Positions 26,466 through 37,701 of a stretch of DNA of 64,000 bases are shown in pieces. How positions within the stretch are numbered: the stretch's first letter is position 1; each line of letters begins with the position of its first letter. Where the stretch lies: contig JAHLWZ010000806.1 in the NCBI GenBank assembly GCA_020536535.1, positions 69,981-133,980 of the forward strand, written 5' to 3'. The position numbers and the translations under genes are program-made. Below the pieces are notes generated by a model that saw only the letters and a list, made by a program, of their open reading frames with translations, did no database searches and was not told where the DNA came from. This DNA comes from Pelomyxa schiedti. Its lineage: Eukaryota > Protista > Evosea.

Positions 26466-29400
26466 ATGGCGGGGGCACCGGAGACGGGGCGGCTCGAAGA
26501 TCTTCTTGGATCTGTGGATCTCACGGGATTACCAGCCATTGTAATAGAGTCCTCTGCCCCGACACGTACTCCTACTGCAACAACCACAACTACCGCTACG
26601 ACTAGTTCGAATTCAGCCTTGGGCGGTGGTGCTACGAGTATTGGTGGTGTTGGTGACGTCACGTCGTCAATAGCGGCTGGACTTGGGCAGTTCAGCTTCT
26701 TTGGGTATGATGACAACAACACCAAGGAGCTCTCTGCTAGCTCGGCTATGAATTTTGGCAAAAAGATTGCTTCCTCTGTGAGGGAGCGTAGGCAGGCGTT
26801 GGACAGGCACATAAAGCCCTTGTCCAGGTTGCCGCACCTTAAAACGAAGGGGCTGGATGATGATGAAGAGGGAGTGTTGACCCTACCTCCCAAGTCTACT
26901 TTCTATGGAGACCCAAAGGCTCTTGTGTGTGACAACTGCTATCTTTTTAGGCCCACTCATCCCTCTGGCAGGCTAAAGCCAAGGTGAAACTCCAAGAAAG
27001 ATACCCTCCTGAAGACGTGCCAGTCCAAAAAGGGGGATACGGTTACGATTCTGATGAAGGTTCTGAGTCTGAACCTGACGCAGATGATGTAACAGAAAAC
27101 GAGGAAGAGACTGAAGATTTGGCTCACTTTGACCCAGGTAGACTTATAACAATGTCATTGCATTGAATTTTCCCAGTTGAGTTAGAATCTGATTTAGAGG
27201 AAGAAATTGAAGGAAAAGAAGAACCCCAACTCAAATATAAGAGAATGGTAATCTAGCTATCAATTCGAATTGCACTCATTTTAGGGGAAAAAAGGAAGGA
27301 GCAGGAGCAATACCGACATTCCTACTTCAGCATCCTCATCCATCATGCCTGTCTTACAATGCGGAGTTTCTAGTATAACAAGTGTGGAGTCAACTTTTTT
27401 TTCTTAGAAATGGCAGGTTATTGGTTGTACTGATGGAACAATAGCCCACATACACCCACTGAGTGGTGGTCTTTTGAAACTCTATAAGTATTTTCCCCTA
27501 TTTATTGCTTGAATTCACATTATGAAGTCCCAACCCACACCCAGTGAATTGTGTATGTGCTGAACACTCAGGTACTTGTGTTGCCAGTTGCTACAGTGAC
27601 GGTTTTTTCCCACATGTCATTTTTTGTACCCTCCAACCTTCAAACAGGAAAAATCATTGTATCAAGTGGTGAACCACCAGATATGAAAACTATCACTACT
27701 GATGTGCACAAGCCCGTATCTTTTGTTGCCATTAACCCGCAGTTTAGTGCTCATAAAGTGGGAACAAGTTCGAAACAGGCATGTAACTCTAATGAAACGA
27801 TTGAGAGAAAGGGATAATGGTTCAAAGGTCTGCTTCGCTACTGCAACTTCTGTGGTTATCCGTGAAATTAGAAGGGTTGCTGGAATGAAAAGAACACGCG
27901 ACAAAGTACTTTCAGAAAGTACAGACCCTGTATTAGCTCTTAACTGGAGAGGGTTCTAGCTTCATTTTTCTACTGAAGTCTCACTTTTATCAGGAGGCAT
28001 ATTGTTTATGCTACCACAAAAAAGCTCATTGTTTTCAACTCGCAAGTAAACTTGACGATGTTCAGCCATTTTTTTCCTTCTCCCTGTACAACTTGTTGTG
28101 TTTCCTGGGAAAACGAATCAACACTTGTTGTCAATCATGATAGAACAGTAATGAAAGTCAGACTGGTACACGAATTCATATTGTTTTCTTTTTCTCACGG
28201 AAAATTACAGGATAAAAATGGAAAAAACGAGGCTTCAATGTACTCCATTCCAAGAAATGACATTACATATCTTTAAACCTGAATTCTTCAAAGGTTTAAA
28301 ACAAACAACATGGCGACCCGAGCAATAGCACCGTTTGGCAACTTCTTTATTAGTCTTAGAGCCATTGATTCTGAGAACCCATATCCTTTACTATGTGTTC
28401 TTAACACAAGAGGTGAAGAACTCAACGCAGATGCCCTTCCTGTCTCGGCAATTGACACACTTAAGGTACACCATTTCTACAAAAAAGCAGAGAATTAAAA
28501 TTACCTTATTTCAGCCTGAACACATACTGTTTGACTTCACCTTGAATCCTGAGCCAACGTTCTATATTGTCACTCCTAATGAGATACTGATTGCCTCAAA
28601 ATGTGATGACGACGACCATATTGACTACCTATTAAGAGCACACAGGTCCCACCTTTTTTTTGAGAAACTTCAACATTAAATTCATCCAGATTCTATGAAG
28701 CTCTGAGAGATATTGACATCAACGAGACACAAGTCACCAAATGGAATCTAAAAGATGTTGGCGAGCTGTATATGTCCAAGCTTATTGGTTTTTAAAGTTC
28801 TTTATTTCCACTCGTTTAATCGCACAAAGAGAAAAATAAATTAAAACGAGCTGCATCCATGTGTCCTCTAGTTCTTCGGCAAGATAAGAAGGACTGGGAA
28901 AAGTGGACTCAGCGTTTTGAAGAACTTGGAGCATTAAATGTAATAGACCGAAAAATTCTCCAACTTAAGGTTGCACCAAAAGGAACTTGCAAGGTATCTA
29001 CCAACTGACAATCCTGTCTTGGATTCTGTGTACTACGAACTTGTTCTCAATTCTCTCATTTCCAGTATGCCTTTATTCTCTCCCAAACTTTCAATCAAAT
29101 GAAACTTAGTATCATCGCAAGTCCCTTTGTAACCTTTAGCTTCACAGATGCGGATCTATCCAACTTCTTAAGTGCCATAAAGAAATGGCCCCCAACAGTA
29201 TACAATATTAATAGCGTCACAGAGCTCATTAATAGGTTGTCCTTTCTTGTACATTTTCCATGCTAATGATTTTTCCCTTTCTCCAGGGAGTTAGAACACG
29301 CAGCTGACTCCAAAATTCTTCTTCAAGCTTTGGCTGAGATGTATTTTTTCATCTGTGCGACTTTCTTCAATTAATATCTAATATTTCATCAAAAGATATT

Positions 29401-31514
29401 CCAAAACCAACGAGCATGATAAAGCCCTGTTGGTTTTTCTCAAAGCAGGGCAAGGACCTATTTTTCAGCACATTGAAAAATACCAACTATTCAAATCCGT
29501 GGAGTCTCAGATTACTTCCTTATTTAGCATAAATTCGGATAAAACAATCCGCTTGCTTGTAAAACATGCCGACAAACTGAATGTGTGCTGCATTCATGTT
29601 CTTCAAGTTTAACGTGTATGAAAGGTTCGCCAAATTGCCCCTCAGTTGAGCAAGGAAGAATTCCACCCTTACCTCCTGAAGTACCTGCATCAACTCCATG
29701 TGCGGTATGGTACAACCTATGATCCTGGTCCTGAAATTGCCAAATTGCAAGTGGAATTGTATGCTCAATACATTTCCAAGAATTACCCCCCGCAGGAAGC
29801 CCTGCCACCCACGCCTACTTCTGACCTGACGGGCTCTGCAGTTTCTAACCAACCTGAGGCACTTAAACAAGCTACTCCCACTGGAAACGACTTGACAGTA
29901 ACCTCGTCCTCCTCACCCAAGAAGATTTCCAAAAAAACTTTGGCGCTAAGGGCTTTTTCCGATATCCTTGGTGGCTCCTCCGCCGAGACTATTGCTGCTG
30001 CAACATCAGTTCTTTCAGCCCCTTCAGTTAACACGTTCCAAAGCCCTTCTGTTGTTTCTGTTGAAGACATTCTTTCTGCCTCTGGAGGTGATGACTCTGT
30101 ATCTGCCGCCTTAAAACCCATTGATGACACCGAAGTCCCGCCGGGACAGAGAGACCTCAAACAAACAACAGGTGGTATTTCCGAGACCGAATCCGAAAAT
30201 GCACAAGAACCGCCCAACGAAAACCAGCACGAAAATCCCTCAGCTTCAACACCTCGGGATCAATCTAAAGATTCCCTTCATACCCCACCAGATATGCTAG
30301 AGAAGTCTCCCAGTTCCTCGCAGCCTTCCGTTATCAACGAGACGGACTCGAATAATACTGCTTCAAGTGTTACTTCAAGCCCAGCAACCGCAACTGCACC
30401 AAAAAAGGAATATGGGAGACATTCACTGATAAGATTTCTGCGTGTAAATAACTTCTATCCCACAGATGCCTGTAATATTCTCCAAAAACTCTTGCACAAA
30501 ACCAACCTCACTGATAGGTGCTGAAGTCTGCGGTGTTTATAAATTGCATAAAGAGCAGGCATTCATATATGCCAAGTCTGGTGCCCTGAATAAGGCCTTA
30601 CACATCTATATGACTGCTCTGGCTGACATAAAACATGTATTCTTTTTGTGTGTGATTTACTATATATGTGACCTTCATTATTGTTAGGCAATGCGGTTTG
30701 TCAAGAAGCATAACGATGGTAAACTTTGGGATGACCTTGTCAAGCACGCCATCATGGCACCTCCACAGTACAACTACATCCATGTTCTACTTATGAACAT
30801 GGGTGTGGCGTTTGTTAACCCCATTAGTCTAATTAGGAAGTATGCATTATCCCTTTCATTTTTTTCCCCTCAAAAACCCAAGCATTCCCAAAGGCATGAA
30901 AATTGATGGAATCCATCCCGCAATCATCAAACTTTTTAGTGACCATAGTACTGAGGTATGTTGTTTCTCTCTGTTATCTGCCTGTTGATCACATCCTGTA
31001 GGAATTTTTGAGACGCAGTGGCAACATGGTACTGAGAGATGACAGTGTAATCCTTTTCCGGCGACTCTTCACCCTCCTACGCAGAGGGCGTTGGATGAAT
31101 ATGACTGTCAAGTGCCTTGGTTGTGCCACTCAAATAATACAATCCAGAGGCAATGAAAACTTTGTATTCTTCTACTGTGGTCACGCCACTCACCTGAGAT
31201 GTCTGGTACACCAATTCACATCCTTCTGCCCTTCATTTAACATTTAACACCAGGCACAAGCAGCTAGCGCCGTTGCCAGAGGAGAAATACTACAGTTACG
31301 CGAATCAGAGCAGCAACAACAAAGCAACGACACTCAGGCTGACCAACAGGAGGATGACTTCTCAACGGCACCTCAACAAAGCACAACGCGGCGTGAAGTG
31401 CGCAAGTGCTGGGTTCCACTTGTAGCCGGAACTAGGCGCCGGTTCAACTGCCCGCTTTGCACCAGTGTCACTCAACAAAAGAGAATGGAGGACCAGCTTG
31501 CCAGGAATGACTAA
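26466..31514 (+). CDS. VPS41: Vps41-like HOPS subunit (WD40 + clathrin repeat + RING-H2)
   Basis: Acidic EEEPQLKYKR motif, WD40-like repeats, FYIVTPNEILIASKCDDDDHIDYLL, LARYLPTDNPVL...YELVL, IKKWPPTVY, FVKKHNDGKLWDDLV, C-terminal CxxC..FFYCGHATHLRC...CPLC. Confidence 0.85.
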
Positions 31515-32229
31515 CTTCTCATAGGCTCTTTGGGTACAGTAAAAAATTTTGAGTATTATTTTCCGCATTATTTTCCGTCGACAAACCTCCATTTCTGTTT
31601 TGGTTTTTTCTGGGGAGAAACTTGTGTTCTTGGTAGCTAGTGAGATAGACTTTAGATCGCGGGATTAGAATGGCAAGAGATTCACCAAAGCTAAGCTTGA
31701 CACCTTTGGCACCATTCCCCTGCGTAGCATTTATAAGATCTCCGTTTCCACGAGATCACAATGGTCGTTAAATTGGTTGAGTAATTGGGTGTTGAATAAA
31801 GTATTGCTGCGTTTCAGTTATTTGGTCTTGTTTTGATTTGGGAGTCTGGATAAACAAGTGTGTAGTAGGGCCACCTGTACCAATACCACGGCTTCAGCAG
31901 AGGCTGACTGGGAACGTCATAACCTTTCTGTTGTCAGTTTTTCCTCCCAAATCAAATTTACCTTCTTATCACTGCAAGTAACTTTTACAACTATCAGATA
32001 TTCCATGCTGCGTGCTCTGTGCTGCTTCAACTGGGTCAGTGACAATGGAAGACTTCAGACACTGATATCTCAGGACTCGAGATACAATGATTTGTCACTA
32101 TCAGTCAGCTTTTCAATAATCAAGTGTATGTCTCCCTTCACTTCTCTCTTATGTATTTCCCTCCTGCATGATGATATGCTTTTACTTGTGTCTCTCAGCA
32201 CATTAGGGTGCGCCTTGGCATTCTTGAAC

Positions 32230-32343
32230 GATATCAAAGTGTTATACGAAAAGAATTGCCGATTTATCTACTCCCTAGAGGAACAGAAAATCCTCTAGGG
32301 AGTCGATAAATCTGCAATTCTTTACGTATAACACTTTGATATC
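32230..32343. repeat. Near-perfect inverted repeat/hairpin: 53-nt arms, 3 mismatches, 8-nt loop
   Basis: 32230-32282 is the reverse complement of 32291-32343 except at 3 positions; GATATC at both ends. Confidence 0.95.
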
Positions 32344-33099
32344 CTTTTAGGCGGAGGGTAAAGTATTAGTGAGTTTCCCGTAAAAAGCGTACAAAATGGA
32401 CGTTCTAATCGGTTTCTAATTGTTTCTGATGATTTCTAATCAATGCCCACCCCCCCAGACTCGCCTTGTTCTTGCCGAAACAACCGGCAGTGTTGTCCTC
32501 ACCTCTATGGTTCTGGACGGTAGGTCGGGAACGTTCACCTTGGTTGGGAGCCTGATCTGTTAGCTGAACCACGGGTATTTTTTTTTCCTCTTTGAGGAGT
32601 GAGCACCGAACTGCGCAACCTGACGTGGCCTGTTATGACCGCAGATACATGTAGAGTCGTTAGCCCTCAAAACCGGCGGCACCGGATTTGCGACAGTCGA
32701 AGAGGGAAAAAAAAACCCTGCTTTCCGCCCCCCACCCATCAGCTGTACTCAGGAAGACCCTGCAGATTTGCAGGATGTCTTGAGGATTGTGGCCCGAGCC
32801 AAACTACACTGAGAGTTACCCAGCCTCCCAGATTCCAAGCGCCGCCTGATGACCCCCTTCGGCGAAAAAACCCCGAGACCGCGGAACGAACGCCAAACTG
32901 TGAGTCGTGACGTGGAGGGATGTGTCCACCAACGTACGTAGTGTCGTTTGCGGCCAACGCTGCCAATGCCGGAATTGCGACAGCCCTCGTTCCGGCAAAG
33001 GAGGAAAAATAAAGGCATTCCTTTCGCCAATCCTGTGAATCTAATAGGACTGAGGTGGCCTCAACACTATTAGATTCACAGAACGTACAGCGTGTACGT

Positions 33100-34711
33100 T
33101 GTTTTTGGCCGAACATCATCAAATCATCCGTGACACTCCTGTGCCTCCTCCTTCCTGCGCTGCCGTGCCAGACATCCATCCAGATAGAGCTGCTGATCAC
33201 CCTGCAGCTGATCCACACCGTGATGCTGCTGCTGCTCCACCACAGTCCCACATACAACCAGGACAGAGGCAATGCAACCTCAAAAGGAGCCTATTGTGGC
33301 AGAGCTTGAAGCTCTTGGCTTCGTGGTGGAGCGCTGGGAAGAGATAAAATTCAGTGAGGAAGCCCCTGAGATGGGGGAGGGTGTGTACGGCAAGGTCCTG
33401 AGAGGTTTGTTGTCTTTATGATGAGGGGAACCCAGTTATCTGAGGTATCAAGAATTCAACGAACCCAAACAACTTTTAATGGATGATTTATGTTTTTAGG
33501 CGTTGTGCAGGAAGTTGTAATGTTGCAGCTTCTTGGTATGATGATGAAGAAACAAATTTTTCTTTCCCCATCAATAAACTCAGTGCACACAGGGGTTTGT
33601 GTTCATGGAGAGCAAAAGATGTAATTCTGGAGTGGGTGAATACTGACCTTTGGCAATTCCTGCACTGCCCCAATAAAGCAGACAAGCTGCCAAGTTCACT
33701 TCTTGGTGTTTGGAACGGCTATGGTTGGCCATGGTGATACAAGTTGAAGATTAGCTTGGGTCTGGTGCGTACTTTACTTAGTTGTTCTCAAATAACCTGA
33801 CACCACCACCAACCAGGCCCGGGGTGTGAGGGTCCTATATGCGCACGGTATTGTTCATAGGTACTTAAAACCAAGCAATTGTTTGGTTGACAGAAGGTTT
33901 ACTGGAAAGGTTACTGACAATTAATAAACTATACTATCTTATATCTCCTCATAAAAAGATATGCGACCTTGGCACAGCTAGGTGCGCTCCATTTGCACTC
34001 ACGGCACGAGATCTGCCTGGAACTTGTATGTTAAACAACTTGGCAAGTTCATTAGGCCCTCTAACGCATCCCACAGATCTATATTTGGGCCCGGAGGTAA
34101 TGAAGCTCGGCGCTGAGGCAACTACATTCAAGCTAGATATGCAAGTGCCACCTTCTTCAGTGTTTTGCACTCACTCCCCTGACAGTTATTCTCTCGGCTT
34201 GATACTATTTGAGTTAGTCACAGAAAAGCAGCCCTTTGTGGAATATTTTCGTGGGGTCCAGGATGAGCGTGATCCGAAGTATAAGGCCGCGGTCGGTGCT
34301 TTGTACAAAGGCGTGATGAAGGGTGATCGACCCAAGGTACCAGAACGTTTTCCAATAGGACCGGACATTGGAGAACGTATTCCAGAGGCACTGGTATGTG
34401 ACTGTGCGGTGCTTTTATTTATATTATCTCTCTGTTACATTTTGGTTCTAACAATATCACAGAAAAGCCTAATAGAGAGTTGCTTGGAAGCCAATCCAGA
34501 GGGCTGTAAGGATCCCTGAGAAATAACTACTTAATTAATTAACGAATCGCAGAGACCTACGATTACGAGGGTCGTGCACGTTCTTGAAACTCTGTATGAG
34601 GAGTTCAAAGAAAATCTTGGGGATGCGGATGACGGCTACGATACTGATACCCATTCTGATGAGGAAGACATTCAGTACAAGGCTTGTGATGTATTGAGTG
34701 TCATGTTGTAA
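33100..34711 (+). pseudogene. TKL-like protein kinase pseudogene
   Basis: GEGVYGKV, ICDLGTAR, YLGPEV, DIYSLGLILFELVT are recognisable. There is an in-frame TGA at 33735-33737 (W*YKLKISLG), HRY replaces HRD, and the VAxK lysine region is lost. The 5' boundary is approximate. Confidence 0.75.
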
Positions 34712-35970
34712 AGGAATAGTAACCAACCAAAGCTAGCCCAACCAACCAAACGAAAAAAAAAACAATTTTGTCATTTGTGGATCATTCTCACTCTTTTTTT
34801 TGTTTTCCGGGGGTGTCAAGAAACAAGGACTCAACTTGTGTTAAGTATTACAGTCAACATAAATCTACTCGTTACCTGGCTGTATGGTGAGTTGGAATGA
34901 AGGTGGGAGAATTCTGTGTTTTTTAAATTACCCTGCGATCATTTTTGGAGGAGCTGAAACATCTTGTCAAAGCCACAAATGATGCTGGAGACCCGGAAAC
35001 AGAATAACAGAATTCTAAATTATTTCAAGGGGCCTTTGCAAAAAGTTGTTGGTTTTCTTTCTTGCAGCAAGAAAATTGGAATGCATACAAAAAGGAGTTG
35101 AAACCACGAACCTGGTATTCCCTGACGAAAAGGTGGCTCGTGCAAGTCCATAGCTCCAATTAATAGAGTCCAAGAACCACAAGTAAAAGTAGGTAGACGA
35201 GGGGGACAACATGGTCTCCATGTCCTCCTGATAGTGCTTCTTGTGGTGGAGGAGTATATTACTTGTTGTGGTGATGAGGGAACCTGATTTCAGACAGAAC
35301 AGTGAATACCGCGAGAGGGATGAATAATTTTCCAAACCTTAAAGGTAACCCCCAACCAACCAAGTGCAAAATTGTGGGTTGCATGTCAATCAATGAAGGA
35401 ACTCAAACCAGTTGGGCCTGATACTCAGCAGTCCCAATTTTGATCATCAACTACGGGGAGAAATCACCTTCACCCCATCCAGGGCACGTCCCATAATCCA
35501 TCCCTGTCACCACCACAACTGCACCTACAATGTTCTGGGTCTGTACAAAAAAAAATATTTTGATCACTCCTTCGAGGAAGCAGAAATGAGTGGGAAAGGT
35601 TTGTTGTGTGGTATTCAGTTTGTGGTGTGAGGTTGTGTGAGAGGGGTCAGGGTTGATACATATGTTTTCTGGACGACTCGGGGCATTGTTTGTTGTTGTT
35701 GCTGTTTTGTGGGGCTGCTGGGGAGGAGGGAATTGTGGGAGTGCGCTGTGTTTGTTTCTTCTGCTGCGTCGCGGACAGATTGGCGAGATCAATGTCCCAG
35801 TACAGTACACCTAGATCGAATGGCGACGAGGTCGTGCTGTTGTTATCTCGCAAAACCATACACGAAAGTAAATATTTAATACAAATCATTTATTTACTCA
35901 GCCCTAATTGCGGAGTAATGTAGGATGTCCACAGCCACAAACTATTGTGGGAGGACAAAACCAATGACTT

Positions 35971-37239
35971 TTAGTCCAACACTGTACACTGGGTGATGGA
36001 AAATGTGGTTGAAGTGGGTCTCAAGAAGGTCATGTCTAGAGTCAGCACAATACGACCTGACATTGCAGTGAGGAGCAGGATCTTCCTCTCAGTCACTTGA
36101 ACACCGCACAGAAGCCCACTCGGACAACCAACAACTTGATCAAAGCATTCGTCAATGTCCTCCCTGTGGGTACTATCCAGTGGTGCTGTCAGATTGTTGC
36201 AGTCCCACAGCTTGTATGACCCTTCACTATCAGAACCTGTGCAGAACACACTTTCACTGACCTGTGACAGCTGTGAACAGATCCCAAGCAGTGTTACACA
36301 CCCAGTAATGGAATCAACAGCAAATGCCACACAATCGCATTGATAATTCCCAGCCGGCCTCAGAATGAATACAATAGCCCCGCTGTTCCCCTTCCTCAAT
36401 ATCAGTGCCACGTCACATGTGAAGGCGCTGCCGCAGCTGTGGTGATAAGGGAGCCAATTTGAGATAGTTGAGCTCACCAATGAAGCACATTTGGACCGGT
36501 AAGTCTTCTCAACATCAAGCAAAGTGAACTCGACGCTGCTGTTGTCTCCTCGCATAATAACCAGAACCTGATCAGGAACCAACTGATTGAAAAACAGCCC
36601 ACAGCAAACCGCGCCAATCTTGAGAGTCCCTTCCACAGTAACAGCCACAGGGGGCTCGAGTTTCCCATCGGACTTTGTCCCATGCCGGATGTCCCTGATT
36701 GTCAGATTGTAATGGCACCCTGTGCCAAAAGTCTGGCACGCGACGAGCCACTTTGCGTTGACGGCCGTGTTCCTGGACATTTTCCAACGGGCAACGGCAG
36801 AACCCTCGGCGGCTGTCGTCCCATAATCCCTCCTCACGAGCGTGAAAGACCCGCCAGTCATGGTGTACTTGCTTTCCAGCCACAGGCGCGGCGCCAGCCA
36901 CGTCCTCACGCCGTTCTCGTCGGCCTCGGGGCCGCCGACCACGCCCAGCGTCGCGCGGGACACGCGCACCAGCACCCTCCACGAGTCCCACGGCCGGTTG
37001 TCGGGCTCCACGACCAGCGCGAGCGTGGCCGCGGGCGACAGCACCCACCGGCGCCACAGGCGGCGCATCAGGGCGGGCGCGGAGCCCGCGGCTCTGGCCG
37101 GGCTGCGGGCGCCGCAGCGCGGGTGCGACGAGGCCAGCAGGGCGGCGAACTGGCGCGCGGCCGCGAGTGTGGGCGCTGGCGCGGGCGTGGCCGTGGCGGA
37201 CGTGGGCGACGGAGGGTGCGTGGTGCCGCCAGCGTGCAT
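35971..37239 (-). CDS. Intronless hypothetical protein (422 aa) of a lineage-expanded family with N-terminal 'QFAALLASSHPRCGARSPAR' motif
   Basis: Uninterrupted ORF; very GC-rich 5' third; beta-strand-rich C-terminal part. The motif is recalled from Pelomyxa hypothetical proteins. Confidence 0.7.
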   Translation of the reverse strand: MHAGGTTHPPSPTSATATPAPAPTLAAARQFAALLASSHPRCGARSPARAAGSAPALMRRLWRRWVLSPAATLALVVEPDNRPWDSWRVLVRVSRATLGVVGGPEADENGVRTWLAPRLWLESKYTMTGGSFTLVRRDYGTTAAEGSAVARWKMSRNTAVNAKWLVACQTFGTGCHYNLTIRDIRHGTKSDGKLEPPVAVTVEGTLKIGAVCCGLFFNQLVPDQVLVIMRGDNSSVEFTLLDVEKTYRSKCASLVSSTISNWLPYHHSCGSAFTCDVALILRKGNSGAIVFILRPAGNYQCDCVAFAVDSITGCVTLLGICSQLSQVSESVFCTGSDSEGSYKLWDCNNLTAPLDSTHREDIDECFDQVVGCPSGLLCGVQVTERKILLLTAMSGRIVLTLDMTFLRPTSTTFSITQCTVLD

Positions 37240-37361
37240 CGCACCGGTGTACTTGAATGTGTGGCACTCGTTCCTTGTGCCGGTCAGGTGGTTTTAAGGG
37301 CGTTAGACGTTTCGTTTGCTCCCTTTTAAAAAAGGATATCCCAGAAAAATCTCCAATACTG

Positions 37362-37654
37362 GGACCAAATGGCTGAATAGAATAATCAACGGACCGGAAC
37401 GCTGTCATTTTCGTTATCGTAGACAGGATCGGCGGTCTGGAATTTTATTTTATTCAGCCAAATATCAAACAAACACCCAGAGAAATTTGTGATCTCACTC
37501 CAAATGCTGGGAGAGTGAGACAGGTAGCTGGGATCGACACACAACATTCATCATTTGGCTGAACAAAAAAAACTCCATTCCGCCGATCCTGAGCGATGAC
37601 AACGAAAATGAGAGCGTTCCGGTCTGTTGATTATTTTATTCAGCCATTTGGGCC
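37362..37654. mobile_element. MITE/foldback-like non-autonomous element, ~290 bp with ~100-bp imperfect terminal inverted repeats
   Basis: 37362-37463 is the imperfect reverse complement of 37553-37654; the ORF track shows AFRSVDY.IQPFGP on both strands. Internal hairpin TCTCACTC/GAGTGAGA; possible flanking direct repeat ATCTCC (37349-37354, 37658-37663). Confidence 0.7.
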
Positions 37655-37701
37655 ACTATCTCCTGCGCTAGTAAAACTTTACCATAAGCAAAAGTTGGTT
37701 T

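Noticed and set aside
28381-28390. ATATCCTTTA U12-donor-like word in Vps41
   Set aside because: It lies in an open coding frame (ENPYPLLCVLN) and no intron is required.
31858-32298. 146-aa ORF and its antisense frame
   Set aside because: Non-ATG start, no motifs, antisense frame has stops, and it overlaps the hairpin; not supportable as a gene.
33735-33737. In-frame TGA as selenocysteine or alternative genetic code
   Set aside because: The same gene has other inactivating lesions, and TGA, TAA and TAG all act as normal stops in intact genes here.
34866-34950. U1 snRNA-like words (TTACCTGGC, GAAGGTGG, CCCTGCGAT, ATTTTTGG)
   Set aside because: Spacing is too short, no stem-loop II/ATTGCAC loop is present, and the segment reads as a minus-strand GT-AG intron; TTACCTG is simply the complement of CAGGTAA.
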